DNA from: Octopus vulgaris
Taxonomy: Eukaryota
Length of the DNA stretch: 64,000 nt
Assembly (NCBI GenBank): GCA_951406725.2
Contig: OX597826.1
Coordinates: forward strand, 18,352,001 to 18,416,000
Reading direction: 5' to 3'
Positions 28,343 to 42,805 of the stretch are shown one piece after another. Positions within the stretch are counted from its first letter, which is position 1, and the number at the start of each line of letters is the position of its first letter. The notes under the pieces are model-generated. The model had not been told where the DNA came from and did not search any database. It was given only the letters and a program-made list of their open reading frames with translations. Both the position numbers and the translations under genes were made by a program.

Positions 28343-31080
28343 CTGTGAAAAAAATAAAATGACAATGAAGAATTATTTTGGAGACAAACCAAGTATCTTT
28401 CATAAATCAAACAATAAAGCATGCCTCATGCAAATAATCCCCATTATTATCAACATCATTTGCAGAAGCAATAAGCATAGCAACAGTAGTAGCCTCAGTT
28501 CAGTCTCTTTTACATGCTGATTCAAAATGGATAGATTTACCAGAGAGATATCCTTCAGCTATTCCTTCCTGTCTTGGTTTCATATCTCTGCTGCTGAAAT
28601 AGTTTTTATTGAACAAATTATCACCATTATTACATGGTGCAGTGGAATCGATTCAATGATACAATGAAGCATCTAGTCTGGTGCTTCATATTTCATCAGT
28701 CAAGTCCACTGGGAGTTAAAATTGTCTTGTATTTCTTCAGGATCAGTGAGTTGAGTAGCAAGGAGGAACTGAAGACAATTCAGTTAATTAAAATATTTTT
28801 CTTCCCAAAAACCATCTTATTTCAAAGCATAAAAACAAATCTTTTGTTATTAGTAGTTTTGTTATTTTCTTGTTTTATTAAGAAATGTCTCGCAGCATTT
28901 CTTCTCTTTATTTCACATTCTGAATTTCAATACTGCAGAGGTGAATTTCCCTCTCATCTTCTCAGGATCAATAAAATAAAGAACGAATGAAGTTGATGGC
29001 ATTAACTAACCTCCTTCTGCAAATTTCAGGACTGATGCCTATGTTAGAAATAATTATTATTACAAGGGTATTAGCTGGCAGAATTGTTTCAGTGTGAAGA
29101 AAAATGCCTTGCAGTTCAGGCTGTAGTTGACACAGCTTTTATCCTTCTAGAGTCAATAAAATAGAGTACCAGTCAAATACTGGGGCTGATGGGTTTGACT
29201 ACCCCCTCCCCCCACTTAAAACTGCTAGCCTAAATTAAAAACTATTATCACTGATGCTGTTGCTGTTAACATTATTATTTCTGGTAGAGGTACCAGGGTG
29301 CATAGCTGGTTCAGGACAAACTCTACAGAAAAAGCAGCCCAGTCAGCCAGGTCTGATTGAAATATGAACAAGGTGCCAGGACATTGCACATGCGTTGTTC
29401 AGTCACCAAATATTTCTAACTTGTGAAGTTATGTTAAACAGCTTTTTTGTTCCATGTAGGACAGATCTGGATATCAGCCAAGTCTACCATGAAGATAGTC
29501 TCACTGTTTTTGCAATGAGGAAGAGTAGGTAGTTTTCCTTTGTCTGGTGACCATGACAGGAAAAGTTAAGATGACCATTTTCTTCAGCCAAGCCCTTATT
29601 ACTGGGAGAGAAAGATAAAAGATGAAAGGGAAGAGTTGTTTTCCTTTGAATTTGCAGAAAAATGGATGTTTCAGAGTATATGAGATTTCTTTATTGATTC
29701 TAGTTTCAGAGTAGCCCAGGATTTATTTAAGAGACATCGATTGCTTAAAGATGGTTATCCTATTTTGGGGACCAGAATCATTACAGAGTTGGAAAAAAAT
29801 GCCATGCAATGCTTCTGCCTCTTCACATTCTTAGTTCAATATTTTCTTTCGTTTTGTCTGTCTTTAAATTCTGAGTTCAAATTCTTCAGGGGTTCACTTT
29901 GCCTTTCATTCTTTTGGAGTTGATAAAATAAGTACCAGTTGAGTACTAGGGTCAATGTAATTCACTTACTTCATTCCTGAAATTGTTGGTCTTGTACCAA
30001 AGTTTGAAACCCTTATTAAAAAGCTATTTAAGCTTTGACAGTCATAAGTGTCCTGCTCAAAAACACAACACAAAGCTACAGGATATGCACAACCCAGTGT
30101 ACAATATTTTATGTGCTTAAAAACTGAGTCCTTCAATAATATTGATTGCAAATTTTGGCATGAAGCCAGCAACTTCAGGAAGTGGATAAGCTGATTACAT
30201 CATCCCCAATGTTCAACTGGTACTTATCCAAAAAGATGAAAGGCAAAGTTGACCTTGATAGAATTGGAACCCAAAACATAAAGACAGATGAAATGCCGCT
30301 AAGCATCTTGCTTGGAATGCTAATGATTTTTGCCAGCTCACCACCTCTCAATAATATTGACAATTTATTCCATTTGGGTGGGAAAAGAAACAACCAACAT
30401 AATACAGGTATTTTTATAAAACCTGGTGCAAATAATGTTACATCCAACAATTTGAAATGAGTAAACACTGAATTAGGTACCATTGATTTATTTCATTTTT
30501 CTATACAAGAAACTATTCAGCTATATACCTTTTTACCTCTTTTACTATTTTCCTTGTTTTAGTCATTAGATTGTGGTCATGCTGGAGTACCACTTTAAGG
30601 AATCTTAGTAGAATAAATTGACCCTGGTACTTATTCTTTTTTTATTTTTCCTTAAGCGTGTTGCTTATTCTACTAATCCCTTTTGCCAAACCACTAAGTC
30701 ACAGAAGTGTAAACATCAGTTGTCAAGCAGTGGTGGTGAACAGCCATAGACACACACACACACACACACACATGCAACAGGCTTCTTTAAGTTTTCATCA
30801 ACCAAATCCACTTCCAAGGCTTTGGTCAGCCTGAGGCTATAATAGAAAACACTTAACCAAGGTGCTATGCTGTGGGACTGAATCTGGATCCTTGTGGTTG
30901 TGAAGCAAACATCATACCACACAGCTACATCTGCATATGAGGAAAAAAAACAATAATTTGTGATCTCCAGGGTTTTTTGAAAGACCCCAGTAGCAAAAGA
31001 AAGATTTGCCACAAAGAATTAAAACCTGCTCAGAAATCTGTTTGCTAACAACCAGCCACATCCCCTGCTCCAGTCAAAAC

Positions 31081-31238
31081 CAGTAGAGTAACTAGTGGGG
31101 TGAAGGTGAAGGGAACAGCCTGCCCTAGGTGGTGTTTTTTTATGGAGTGGCACTTTTAGATCTTCTGTAGAAGCTTATATAGGTGCAGGGGGTAGGGTGT
31201 TGCTGCCCCAGGCAGCACGCACTTTAGCTACACCACTG
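31081..31238. mobile_element. hAT-type MITE
   Basis: TIRs CAGTAGAGTAACTA / TAGCTACACCACTG; 8-bp TSD GTCAAAAC / ATCAAAAC. Confidence 0.75.
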
Positions 31239-31502
31239 ATCAAAACAATTGATATATATATATGTAGTTTTATACATAAGTTTATAGAAGAATATTTATT
31301 TCAAATTTTGGTTCCAGGCCAGCAATTTCAGGGAAGGAGATAGGTTGATTACGTTGACCCCAGTGACCAACTAGAGTCAACATTAGCAACCTGAAAGGAA
31401 GATGATCTTGGAAGAGTTTGAACTCAGAACATAGTGACAGGTGAAATACCACTAAGCAGCTAGTGATTCTGCCAGCTCATCACCTTAATAATAATGATGA
31501 TG

Positions 31503-31553
<51 letters not shown>

Positions 31554-32731
31554 TCCGCGGCCTTCAGGCTAAAACATTTTTAAGGATTTTAGGATTTAAT
31601 AATAATAATAATAATAATAATAATAGCTTCAAATTTTAGCACAAAGTTAGCAATTTTAGTGGGAGGGGCTAAGTCAACCTCAACCCCAGTGCTCAACTGG
31701 CAGTTATCTTATCAACCCTAAAAGGCAAAGTTGGACCCAGTGGTATTTGAACTCAATAATGATAATAATAATAATAATGATAATAATTCTTTCTGCCTTA
31801 GTACAATAAAAGGAAAAGTTGACCTTGGTGGCCTTTGAAGTCAGAATATAAAGACGGATGAAATGCTGCTAAACATTTTGTCCAGTGTGGTGACAATTCT
31901 GCCGGCTTGTTACCCTTCTTTAACACAATACCATTTGTCTCTAACCTCAAATCTGATTTTTATTCAGCCTCCCATCCACCCTTCATAATTTCAAATAGCT
32001 ATCAATTATCTTGCACAGGTGTTGAATGATTAAGTAAGTATATTATGTCAATTTAATTAAATGCTAATTACTTTATGATTATTCCTCAGAATTTTTTTGT
32101 TTTTTTTTTCTACACCCTTACAAAGCTCTATATGTTTGTTTAAATTTATTCAATTTTTTTTCCCATTATCTCTCTGAAGGACCTCTGGGATTTTAATATT
32201 TTAATTAATGACCTTTTAGTAAACTGATTAATATTTTGTTCCTATATTCAAATTTGAATTTTTAAAGAAACACTAATAGACTGGCAATAAGAAAAACAAA
32301 TTATATAGTGATTTGTTCAGACTTGACAGTACCAATTTCTTTTTTTTTTTGAAGGTTAGGAAAATAGAGTTGATTGAAATGACTGTAGTATATTACTGGT
32401 ACTTATTCTGTTGTATCCAGAAAAAAAGGAAAAAGTAATGTTGATTCAAATAGTATTTGAACACAGTAATCTATAACTTGCATTCTGCAGAAACACCTTA
32501 TATATTATGTCGTCATTTCTGGAGATGCTGTTGTACCATTGCATGGCATACAAGAAACAGTAATTAAACATGCTTCAAATCAAATCCTGCGACCTTTTGA
32601 AAATGAACACACTGGATAGTAGAGTCCAAGATACATTGCAACTATATAACACATAGGATGATCAAGCTTAAGTGTCTTTAATCATAAGTCTTCTTGATCA
32701 GAAATATTTGGGGTTTAAATAAGTTTCCCAC

Positions 32732-33141
32732 CTGTGTGGTAAGTAGCTTGTTTACCAACCACATGGTTCTAGGTTCAGTCCCACTGCATGGCACCTTGGG
32801 CAAGTGTCTTCTACTATAGCCTAGGGCTGACCAAAGCCTTGTGAGTGGATTTGGTAGACGGAAACTGAAAGAAGCCCGTCGTGTATATGTGTATATATAT
32901 GTATGCATGTGTGTGTTTGTGTGTTTGTGTGTCTGTGTTTGTCCCCCTAGCATTGCTTGACAACCGATGCTTGTGTGTTTATGTCCCCGTTACCTAGCGG
33001 TTCGGCAAAAGAGACCGATAGAATAAGTACTGGGCTTACAAAAGAATAAGTCCCGGGGTCGAGCTGCTTGATTAAAGGCGATGCTCCAGCATGGCCGCAG
33101 TCAAATGACTGAAACAAGTAAAAGAGTAAAAGAGTAAAGAG
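32732..33141 (+). mobile_element. tRNA-derived SINE family A, young copy
   Basis: Closely similar to the reverse complement of 8225-8620; tail (TAAAAGAG)n. Confidence 0.88.
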
Positions 33142-33752
33142 TATTAGTTTGAATGGAAGTAGTCAAGTATGATTATCATAGGCCAGGGTGGGTGTGTTGG
33201 GGAGGAGTACACCCCCTAAATTTTTGTGGTGGGGGGGGGCTTGCAATGCAAACCCTGAACATCCTGTGTTGAATCCCCTTAGCAAATCTCATTCCTGTGC
33301 TTCCAAAGATTATTTTAAATTTCTTTCTTTTCTGGTTGGAAAGACTTCATTTATAGCAGGCTCTTTAGAAAAGAATGAACATCATTAAATCTCATTTGCT
33401 TTTCTCTACAGATTTACTTTTATAAAAGGATACTAATTTTTAATTCCATTAGCAGAGAAATAAAATTTATGTTTGATGACTAAGTGCCCACTGTCCATTT
33501 TGTCTAATTGAGAAGTGACATTAAATTGAGTCACAAAGTGGTTTAGAACTTGTTGCATTTGCTTCAAAATGTCTTCTGAGTTCTTAATTAGAATATTACA
33601 AATAACAACTGTAAGGCAGAGAGGCAGGAGGAAAACAAGCAATAAAGATACTGTTATTATCATTATTGAAACAAAAATAATGTTTGATTGAACCAAAAAT
33701 ATTATTATTGTTGTTGTTATAACTATTATAGTAGTTACCATCATCATCCTCC

Positions 33753-33785
<33 letters not shown>

Positions 33786-34082
33786 CCACTACCACCACCA
33801 CCACCATCATCACCATCATCACCACTATCATTATCATCAGTATTAACATTATTATAGTATACTTGTAATGTAACTTAGTCTACATGACACAAGAACAGTG
33901 AGTTACCCTCCCCCCACACACACTATACATCACATTATCCTATTAATGTTTAAAATGAAGTTAACAGTTTAAAACATCTTAGATAAATTAAAAAGATTGT
34001 TGATGTCACAAAGCTGAAAACAATTGAAAATATTTTATGTTTTATATATATATATATTAATATAAATGTATATATATGTATG

Positions 34083-34114
<32 letters not shown>

Positions 34115-34168
34115 TGTATGTATGTATGTATGTATGTATGTATGTATGTATGTATGTATGTATGTATG

Positions 34169-34202
<34 letters not shown>

Positions 34203-35275
34203 TGTACGTACGTATGTATATATGTATATATACATATATGTACATATATATCCTTTCTTTCTCCTTCAAATTTTCCAAAATAATGTTTCACAGGTTAGAC
34301 TAGAATTGAAGTATTGAAAAATTGGTTACTATCTTTACGATTGTCTCGATATTTTTACATTCTGCTATTGAATTTAGTTTGCTTGAAATTCGAACTGCCT
34401 TCTATCGGTGAATTAATCTGTTCTTCTTAATAAGTTTGATGGAAGCAAGCCAGGAAACATAAAAAGACTTTGAAATGAGAATAAATTAAATATTTAAAAC
34501 AAATTTTTAAAAAGTTAAAAAAAAAAAATCCAAAACCAAAGAGATTAGAATCATAGAATATGGTTTTGTTGTCTGTATCAGTATTTTCTATTGAACAATT
34601 TCTAAGCTATGAAAATATATCAAATTGTTGTATATATTAAGCTACAACATTAAGCAGAGTCTATTCAGTAGCCTCACAGATTGAAACTAATACAAACACT
34701 CTATATGAATAAAGAAAAAGACAAAAACAACAGCAACAATAACCATATTTTTCAGAAATACCATACACTTGGTTGCTAAGATATATTTAGTGAAAAGCTG
34801 CTTCTCCTCAGATTTTAGTGATTTCTGGAACAAGATGCTTTTGGTAACAAGTGTATTTGAATTCTAAATTGAGAAATTTCCTTTTGTTTTGCTTTTTTCC
34901 CCCCAATTATTTTGCAATTCTTCAGGATGAGCAGTTTAAAATAAAATTTGAAAAGTACTTTTATTTCACATAACTTGCTTCCTAAATCACTTTTATTAAC
35001 AGGATTGCACTGTTTCTTAGTTGTCAATTTGAGGCGTTAGAAGCAGTTGTTGCTCTGCTGAGTGATAGATCTAATCAGTGGCCCAATTTAGTAACACCAT
35101 TTGACCCTCATGTACTTTCCTCATAGTTACGAGTGCTTGTGTGCATTTATCAGAGTTTACTCTATTGCAAGTGTTTAGACCAAGTCTTCAGTCTGAAGAT
35201 AACTTGATACTTAGTGTACTGCTTCCTAATGTAGTAGTTCATGTCATACTTTCTTCAGGATTACATTTCACTTAC

Positions 35276-35309
35276 CCACAAGCAAAGAAAAAAAAAAAAA
35301 GAAATTCAT
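35276..35309 (-). CDS. Candidate first coding exon (hydrophobic, signal-peptide-like start) of the cbEGF gene
   Basis: ATG AAT TTC TTT TTT TTT TTT TCT TTG CTT GTG G|gtaagtg gives MNFFFFFSLLV plus a consensus phase-1 donor compatible with the EGF exons. It is short and partly poly-T, so it may be chance. Confidence 0.22.
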
Positions 35310-35389
35310 AAAACTGCTGTAGCGAGTATTTAAAATGAATGAGTAAAATCAAAGTAGCAGAGGATATGAAACTGAATTCACCAGCAGCA

Positions 35390-36670
35390 CATAGTGGTAT
35401 GATGCTATATAACAGAATATATTGACAATATATAGTGGTATGGTGTTCTACAATAGAATACATTGACATATGTTGGTCTGGTACTATATAACACAATGTA
35501 TTGGTTTCAAATTCAGGGCAGGGCTAAGTTGATTATATCATCCCCCAGTGCTCAACTGGTACTTATTTTATCGACCTTGAATGGATGAAAGGTAAAATCA
35601 ACCTCAGAGGAACTCAGAACATAAAGACAGGCAAAATGCCACCAAGCATTTTGCCCAGCATGCTAACAGTTCCGCCAGCTCACCACCTTATAACAACCTG
35701 TATAACAGAATATATTGGTAACATATAGGGATATTTAGTTACACAACAGAATGCATTGATATATGTTGGTCTGCTACTATATAACACAATATATTAACAA
35801 CATACTGTGCTATATTTCTATATAACAGAATGTATTGATGAAATATAATATCGGTCCCAGCATGGCAGCAGTCAATGACTGAAACAGGTAAAAGATGAAA
35901 GGTATGGAGCCATACAACCATTCATTGGCAAGCACTGCTATGGTGCTATATAACAAAATGTATTGACAACATATCAACATACAGCAGTATGGTGTTATAT
36001 AACAGGACACATTGTCAACATACAGTAACCAGGTGTTAAATAACTGAATTTATTGACAACATATAGTAATATAGTGCTATCGTGCTATACAGGCTGTCCA
36101 TAAATTACCTTTATAATTTCAAAAGTTCAGACAAAAAACAAAATGAAATAAGGATAACTTAGCAGGTTGCATGCAACCAATGGAATCCACATTGAAGTGT
36201 TCTGATGTTCCTAATAAAACTGTTTGTTTGCCTATGCTTTCTGATAAACTCTGCTGAGTTATCCCCTTTCCTTCTTTTTCTTAGAATTTTTCAAATTGTA
36301 ACAATAATTTATGGACATGCAATATAACTGAATTCATAAAGGCACATGGCTCAGTGGTTAGAGTGTCAAGCTTACAATCGTGAGGTTGTGAGTTTGATTT
36401 GCAAACCAGACTTTATTTCACTTTGCTCCAATTCACTCAGCCGTAGAAATGAATTGCCAAGATGTATTGGCCTTTGCCTTTCCCTTGAACAACATCACTG
36501 GTGTGAAGAGGGGAGACTGGTATGCACGGGCAATTGCTAGTCTTCCACGAACAACCTTGCTTTGAAGGGGAACTTTCTAGGTGCAATCATATTGTCATTC
36601 ATGACCAGAGGGAGTCTTTACCCCTCATGTAATTCAATTCATTGACAACTTATAAATAATATGGTGTTAT
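35390..36670. repeat. Degenerate ~35-42-bp minisatellite interrupted by SINEs and a MITE
   Basis: Core TATAACAGAATRYATTGACAACATA recurs more than 10 times. Confidence 0.75.
36090..36322. mobile_element. Tc1/mariner-type MITE
   Basis: TA-CAGGCTGTCCATAAATTA ... TAATTTATGGACA inverted termini. Confidence 0.55.
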
Positions 36671-37084
36671 TTTCTTTGAATTTAGGTTCAAACTTCAACC
36701 TTAATTTTTGTTGCAACTAGTTTTATTTATAACACTTTCAGAAAGCATACATAAATATCACAGCATGGAATTTCTTCTCTCTGTAAATTCTGAGGCTTCA
36801 TTGTTGTCCTTGTTATCAGTATTATAATTATTATCATTATTTTAACTATTAATATTAATGTTATAGGCCCATGTAGTGAGAAATTTTTTCTGATTGCCCC
36901 TTCAAAGCATATTTCACTTCAAGTATTACCAAATGAAACTTTCTTTGAAATACTTGTGAAAAGAACTGCATTTTGCCCAAGGAGGAAGACAACAGGATAA
37001 AAAAAGCTTGCCTTAAAAAAAAGTGACATTATGCAATATTGTTACTGTTGTTGTTATCTTCTTTCTTTTTCTTCGTCTTCTACT

Positions 37085-37141
<57 letters not shown>

Positions 37142-37707
37142 CCTTGTAGTGTAAAGACATCTTTTTTATTCTTCCTTCAAAATAATTTTTATTTCAAGCC
37201 ATTACTGGACAAAATTTTCCATTGAGTATTTATAAAAAAAAACTTTATGTGCCTAAATAGGGGTTGCTCTAGATACCCAGAGTGGACACCAGACGAAAAC
37301 AAAAAGTGGTTTGTTTCACCAACGTAAACTTTTATCTGCATAAATTGCACTTTTCCAGGCCAAATGGCTACTAACTGTTATTATGCCACATGACAAAATT
37401 TGACAATGGCTAAAACAACACAAAATCAAAATACATAACTGAATATAGAAGAGGAAGAAAAGCATGAACACTTTGGTGAACAATTGAGAGCTGAAAATAT
37501 CCTGAATACTCAAATTTGGAAGACAGCAACAACAACAAGAACAATGGTAGTTCTTATACAATTTCAAATATTATGGTTTGTTCATGTGGACTTTGCCTTT
37601 CATCCTTTCAAGGGTCGATAAAATAAGTACCAGTTGAGCACTGGGGTCAATTTAATTGACTTGGCTCCTTCACTTCAAATTGCTGGCCTGCTGCCAAAAT
37701 TTGAAAC

Positions 37708-37773
<66 letters not shown>

Positions 37774-37807
37774 CATCATTATTGTTATTATTATTATTAT
37801 TATTATT

Positions 37808-38361
37808 GAGTGAGAGAGCAGTTCATGCCATCAAAGTGACACTGGGGTAAAATATACGAAGCCCAATATACCCATCATGACTACCCGTCTGATAAGGGTA
37901 CACCAGGCACATGCATCACAACCATATGTGCGCGACATGGTGATCTCATATCCAGATAAACAGCACATGACCTTGCAGGTGGGGCCCAGTTAGAATTTTC
38001 TTCAGGTTGAGTAGCCCATCCCGCTCAAACGGTCCCTGAATAAGGGTTGTTTAAGGATGTTGAAAGAACCACCCATGTTTCCAGAGGTGAATTATTCAAA
38101 CCCCAAAGAATCCCTCTCAACACATGGCTATGATGCTCCCCCACTACTTCTGCTTGTGATCAGAGATGCACATATCGTCAGCCATCAAGGGACATGGTCA
38201 ACTGGTTAAGGTCAAACAACTGACAAGCAAATCTGTGGTATTGAGCAGAATATTTGCTGTAGCCCATCTTTTATACCAAGACAAAACAATGTACATGATA
38301 ACACTTCCAATCAGTTAAGATCAGAAGCCATGAGAGCCACTGCCTGGTACTGCATCAGGGC

Positions 38362-38362
<1 letters not shown>
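37808..38362. mobile_element. ~555-bp non-coding insertion splitting an (ATT)n tract
   Basis: Complex, GC-richer sequence with (ATT)n on both sides and no ORF. Confidence 0.6.
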
Positions 38363-38397
<35 letters not shown>

Positions 38398-39042
38398 CAA
38401 TATCATTATTAATAAGGCGTCAAACTGGCAGAATCGTTAGCATGCTGGGCAAAATACTTAGCAGCATTTCGTCCATCTTTACATTCTGAGTTCAAACTTC
38501 GCTGAGATCTACTTTGCCTTTCATTCTTTCAGGGTTGACAAAATAAGTACCAGTCAAGCAATAGGGTTGATGTAATCAATGTACCCTTTCCCCAAAATTG
38601 TCGGCCTTGTACCAAAATTTAAAACCATTATTATTAATATCAATTTTTTCGCACCGAATCACTTCTGTGACTCTATCGGCTAGCCTTTGTCTTTATTGTT
38701 AAACTGTCAATGATGAGGAACAAATAACTGTCTATCCCTGCGTGATCCCTTTTACAAAATGGACAGTGAATCTATTACTTAAGATCCTGAGTAACTAAGT
38801 CAGCAGTAAAGTCAGAACAATTCTAGCTCACCCCCATAAAACAATGCAGTTTGGCCAGAGTTGATGTAATTTATTGTGACATTATTGCTGAAATCATAAT
38901 GTAATGTTATGCCAGTTTGATTTTGTGTAAAGTCGGTGGTTATTCTAAATCTTAATCAACATTGTCATTATCAACATCATAACATTATGTGTGAATTAGT
39001 AAATAGCCTGTATATTAAACTGATCATTATTTAGATATTATA

Positions 39043-39510
39043 AGGCAGAGAGCTGGCAGAATCATTAGCATGCTGGTCAAAATGCTTAACGGTATTTTGC
39101 CCACAAGGCGGCGAGCTGGTAGAAGCGTTAGCATGCCGGGCGAAATGCGTAGCCGTATTTCGTCTGCCGTTACGTTTTGAGTTCAAATTCCGCCAAGGTT
39201 GACTTTGCCTTTCATCCTTTCATTATCGATTAAATAACTACCAGTTATGCACTGGGGTCGATGTAATCGACTTAATCCGTTTGTCTGTCCTTGTTTGTCC
39301 TCTCTGTGTTTAGCCCCATGTGGGTAGTAAAGACATAGGTATTTTGCCCATTGCTACATTTTGAGTTCAAGTTCTGCTGGGGTCAATTTTGCCTTTCATC
39401 TTTTCAGGATCAATAAAAAAAAAGTACCAGTTGACCCCTGGAGTCAATGTAATCAACTTACCCCTCTCCCTGAAACTGCTGGCCTTGCACCAAAATTTGA
39501 AACCATTATT
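39043..39510 (+). mobile_element. SINE family B, young copy nested in an older copy
   Basis: Head AAGGCGGCGAGCTGGTAGAAGCGTTAGCA...GAGTTCAAATTCC at 39105; direct repeat GGTATTTTGCCCA at 39091-39103 and 39338-39350. Many other family B copies (15174, 24140, 24370, 29770, 30150, 31300-31920, 35503, 38414, 58995). Confidence 0.82.
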
Positions 39511-39853
39511 TAGATTTGGTTCGCCAGACCTCAGTCAAATCGTCCAACCCATGCTAGCATGGAAAGCGGACGTTAAATGATGATGATCATCATCATCACT
39601 ATATTCCTATATTATAAATGATATAATTGTTTTACCTGTTATAAGACTCTATCTAGTTAAGGAGAAATGGGATGTTGTGATGTTCAAGCTTTTTCTACAT
39701 ACAGTAATGGCATGAGCTTTCTACTGAGAATCATAATCACTTAATAGACCACAACTCATTAGCAGCGGACCCGCCTCTTCTCTATCTCTCTCATATAGCA
39801 TGAACAATAGACCATCACAGTCAAATATGAAAATTAAGGCTGCTTTATTTCCT

Positions 39854-39892
<39 letters not shown>

Positions 39893-39931
39893 GTTCTCTC
39901 TCTCTCTCTCTCTCTCTCTGTCACATACACG

Positions 39932-39962
<31 letters not shown>

Positions 39963-40230
39963 GCTCTCTCTCTCTCCGCAACAATAACCATAAAATAAAA
40001 TAATCTAAACATAATCAATTTAAAAAGGAAGTATGCTAAATTAGTTAAACATGTCATAATTGGTCGTAGTTGTAAAAGTAACCAAAGCAGTAATGTTTTA
40101 CTCATCACTTTCAAGAAATAAAACAAAAAAAAATTTAATTTTCTAAATAAGTAAAACAATATCATTGTAGTATCATTGACCATTATTAAAATCATGCTTA
40201 TCGGTGATTGCAATGATGATGATGATGATA

Positions 40231-40262
<32 letters not shown>

Positions 40263-42772
40263 AATCCTTACATTCATTGCTCTCTTTGATTTCATTAACA
40301 CCTTCATCACAGTAATCAATGTCTTCATCAATATCAATATTGTCATCATTCATCACTACTACTACTACTACTACTACATTGTAATCAGAAATTTTTACAC
40401 GCGGCCATAAATATATCAGTCAACAAAAAACTCTCAAAAGCCAATTTAATGCTATTTAAGTGCTTAAAATGTTTTGAAAGTGTTTTTTATTATTTATCAT
40501 CATTAATGTTATTATTGGTGTCTCATTAAGGTTGTGTCAACTTCATAAATGGGACTTGAATGTAGGTGACTTACTTTAGATACTTACTTGTAAACTAATT
40601 TGGTTATTAACTAAGTTTACATGTACTTGGAAAGCTTACAATTCTTCTTCTTCTTCTTTCCTTCAGACTTACAGATGTATTTTGGGATTATTCTGAATCT
40701 TGTTGCTGTTTCTTCAGCTGGATCAATGTGCTTTAACATGAAACCATTTTCCCAGTACATTACTGATATTTAGTTCGTCTAATCCTGGACAGATATTTTA
40801 GGTCAGTATTAGTTAAGATTTGGGCTTGAAAAAATGTAAACCATAAATAGGTTATTGTTACATATTGAAATTGTTATTAACCATAAAGCTCAACCCTAAA
40901 GTTCATTGAAGAGGCTATCTCAGACTATATGAAGTGGTTGGTCAAATTGTGACATCATGGGAGAAGACAATGACTGACTACAAATGATGGTGAAAGGCTA
41001 TAAAGAAAGGGATAAGTGTTGCAGAATCAAATAGGATTAATGGTTAAATAAGAAGAAGAAAAGAGAGAACAAGCTAGAGCAAGATTTTCTGCTCCAGGAC
41101 AACCAACAGTATTTTGCAATATCAGGGTCGATCAGGGTTGAGCTGTCATCATGTGGTTCCATGTAAAGTGATACATCATTGACAAAGTTTTTGTTCATTA
41201 CATTTGGGACAAAAAATCCTTTTCTGCTACAAAGAGTCAATTGCAAATGACAGCTAAGAAGATTAACCATAAAGTCACCATTCCTAAAGTTATCAAAACC
41301 TGAGAATCATTTTCTATAAAAGACATTTGTATAAAATAAATGACACTGACAATGTCATGAGTCTGAAAAGGCAAAATGAAATATTTAAAAACCATTTTGA
41401 TGATTTATTTTGATAAATCATTAGTGTCTCTGCAGTGTGCCATCAAAACTGTAACGATGGTAACAATGGCAGTGCCTATGACAATAATCCCACCAACTAT
41501 GATTATATCTAACAAAACTACAACATGAATAAGTTACTACAAGTAATAATAAAAAAAAAAGAATGCCAAGCACTTTAGGTATCTGTAACATAGTTTCCTG
41601 CTGTTAAGCTATTGAAACAACCTACTAAATGTAGATGACAATTTTGTCAAACAAGAGAAGTAAGTTAGCTTGATGTACAAGTTATATCTAATTTGTACAT
41701 CATCATTGAGTGTTTGATTTGCTACCCCCAAGCACAAATTTACGCAGCTTCAACAGATTGAAGTCATTCAACTACAAAACAGTAAAACACACACATGACT
41801 ATCATTAATAATGCTACAAACTTTATTCTAACTTTTAAAATTGGTGAACAAATACTTGCTACAGAAACAATAAAACAGCTAAACATTTGTTTAGATAGAG
41901 AAACATCTAACGTAGTAAAGCTATATTGCATGCTATCATCTCATTTAACAAGAGTTTTAAATCTAAGATCTAAACATCACCTAGTATATTGAACATTATT
42001 TGGATTACTAAAGCATTTTATTTCATACATTCTTTGAAGACGGCAGTCTCAAGGGATAGAAAGTATTATCCTGTAGAAGGAGTTCAATCTGAATCTAAAT
42101 AATTACACACATACAGATACACATGCACACACACACATGAACAAGCATACACATATATTGATGTATACATATACATTAGATAGATAGATAGATATATAGA
42201 TAGATATGACTATATATACATATGTATATATGTATATATATTCAAATATATGCATCTATGTATGTACATGTTTTTGTGTGTGTCCGTATACACACACACA
42301 TACACGTATAAGCAGACAGACAAATTGACAGACATGCAGACAGATAAAACTCACACAAGTAAAAGAAGTAAAATTATGAGAAGACAATATATGGAGCCAG
42401 ACAAATGAAGTAGATGACTGGAAAAGCATAGAAATATCGTGAAAAAAAGAAACAATTGAAGAAATGTACAATGAAAATAAATTTGCCAGTGGAAGATGTG
42501 AAAGTGAATCTAATGTTTTGGGTGGTGCTGATTATCAAAGAGAAAGAAAAGGAAAGGGCACAAAATACAAGGCACTGAATTTACAATGTCTTTTTACATG
42601 GCATGTCTAGTGTACAATGAAAGCTGGGGAGTGAAATAAAAGGACTGAAATGCAGTCACGGTGAGAGTAAGTGTACAGAGAGAGCGAGAAAAAGAGAAAG
42701 AGAATAAGTGGGAAAAGAGAAGGAGAGAAAGCTGGAAAGGGAGAGGGGAAGAGAAGTGTTGGGGATAACTAG

Positions 42773-42805
<33 letters not shown>

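Noticed and set aside
35390-36090. CRISPR-like repeat/spacer appearance
   Set aside because: Units are degenerate tandem copies without unique spacers; eukaryotic context, no cas genes.
40675-40773. Plus-strand 32-aa signal-peptide-like ORF (MYFGIILNLVAVSSAG...) after a pyrimidine-rich AG
   Set aside because: The pyrimidine tract is a (TTC)n repeat; no good donor or other exons; likely chance.
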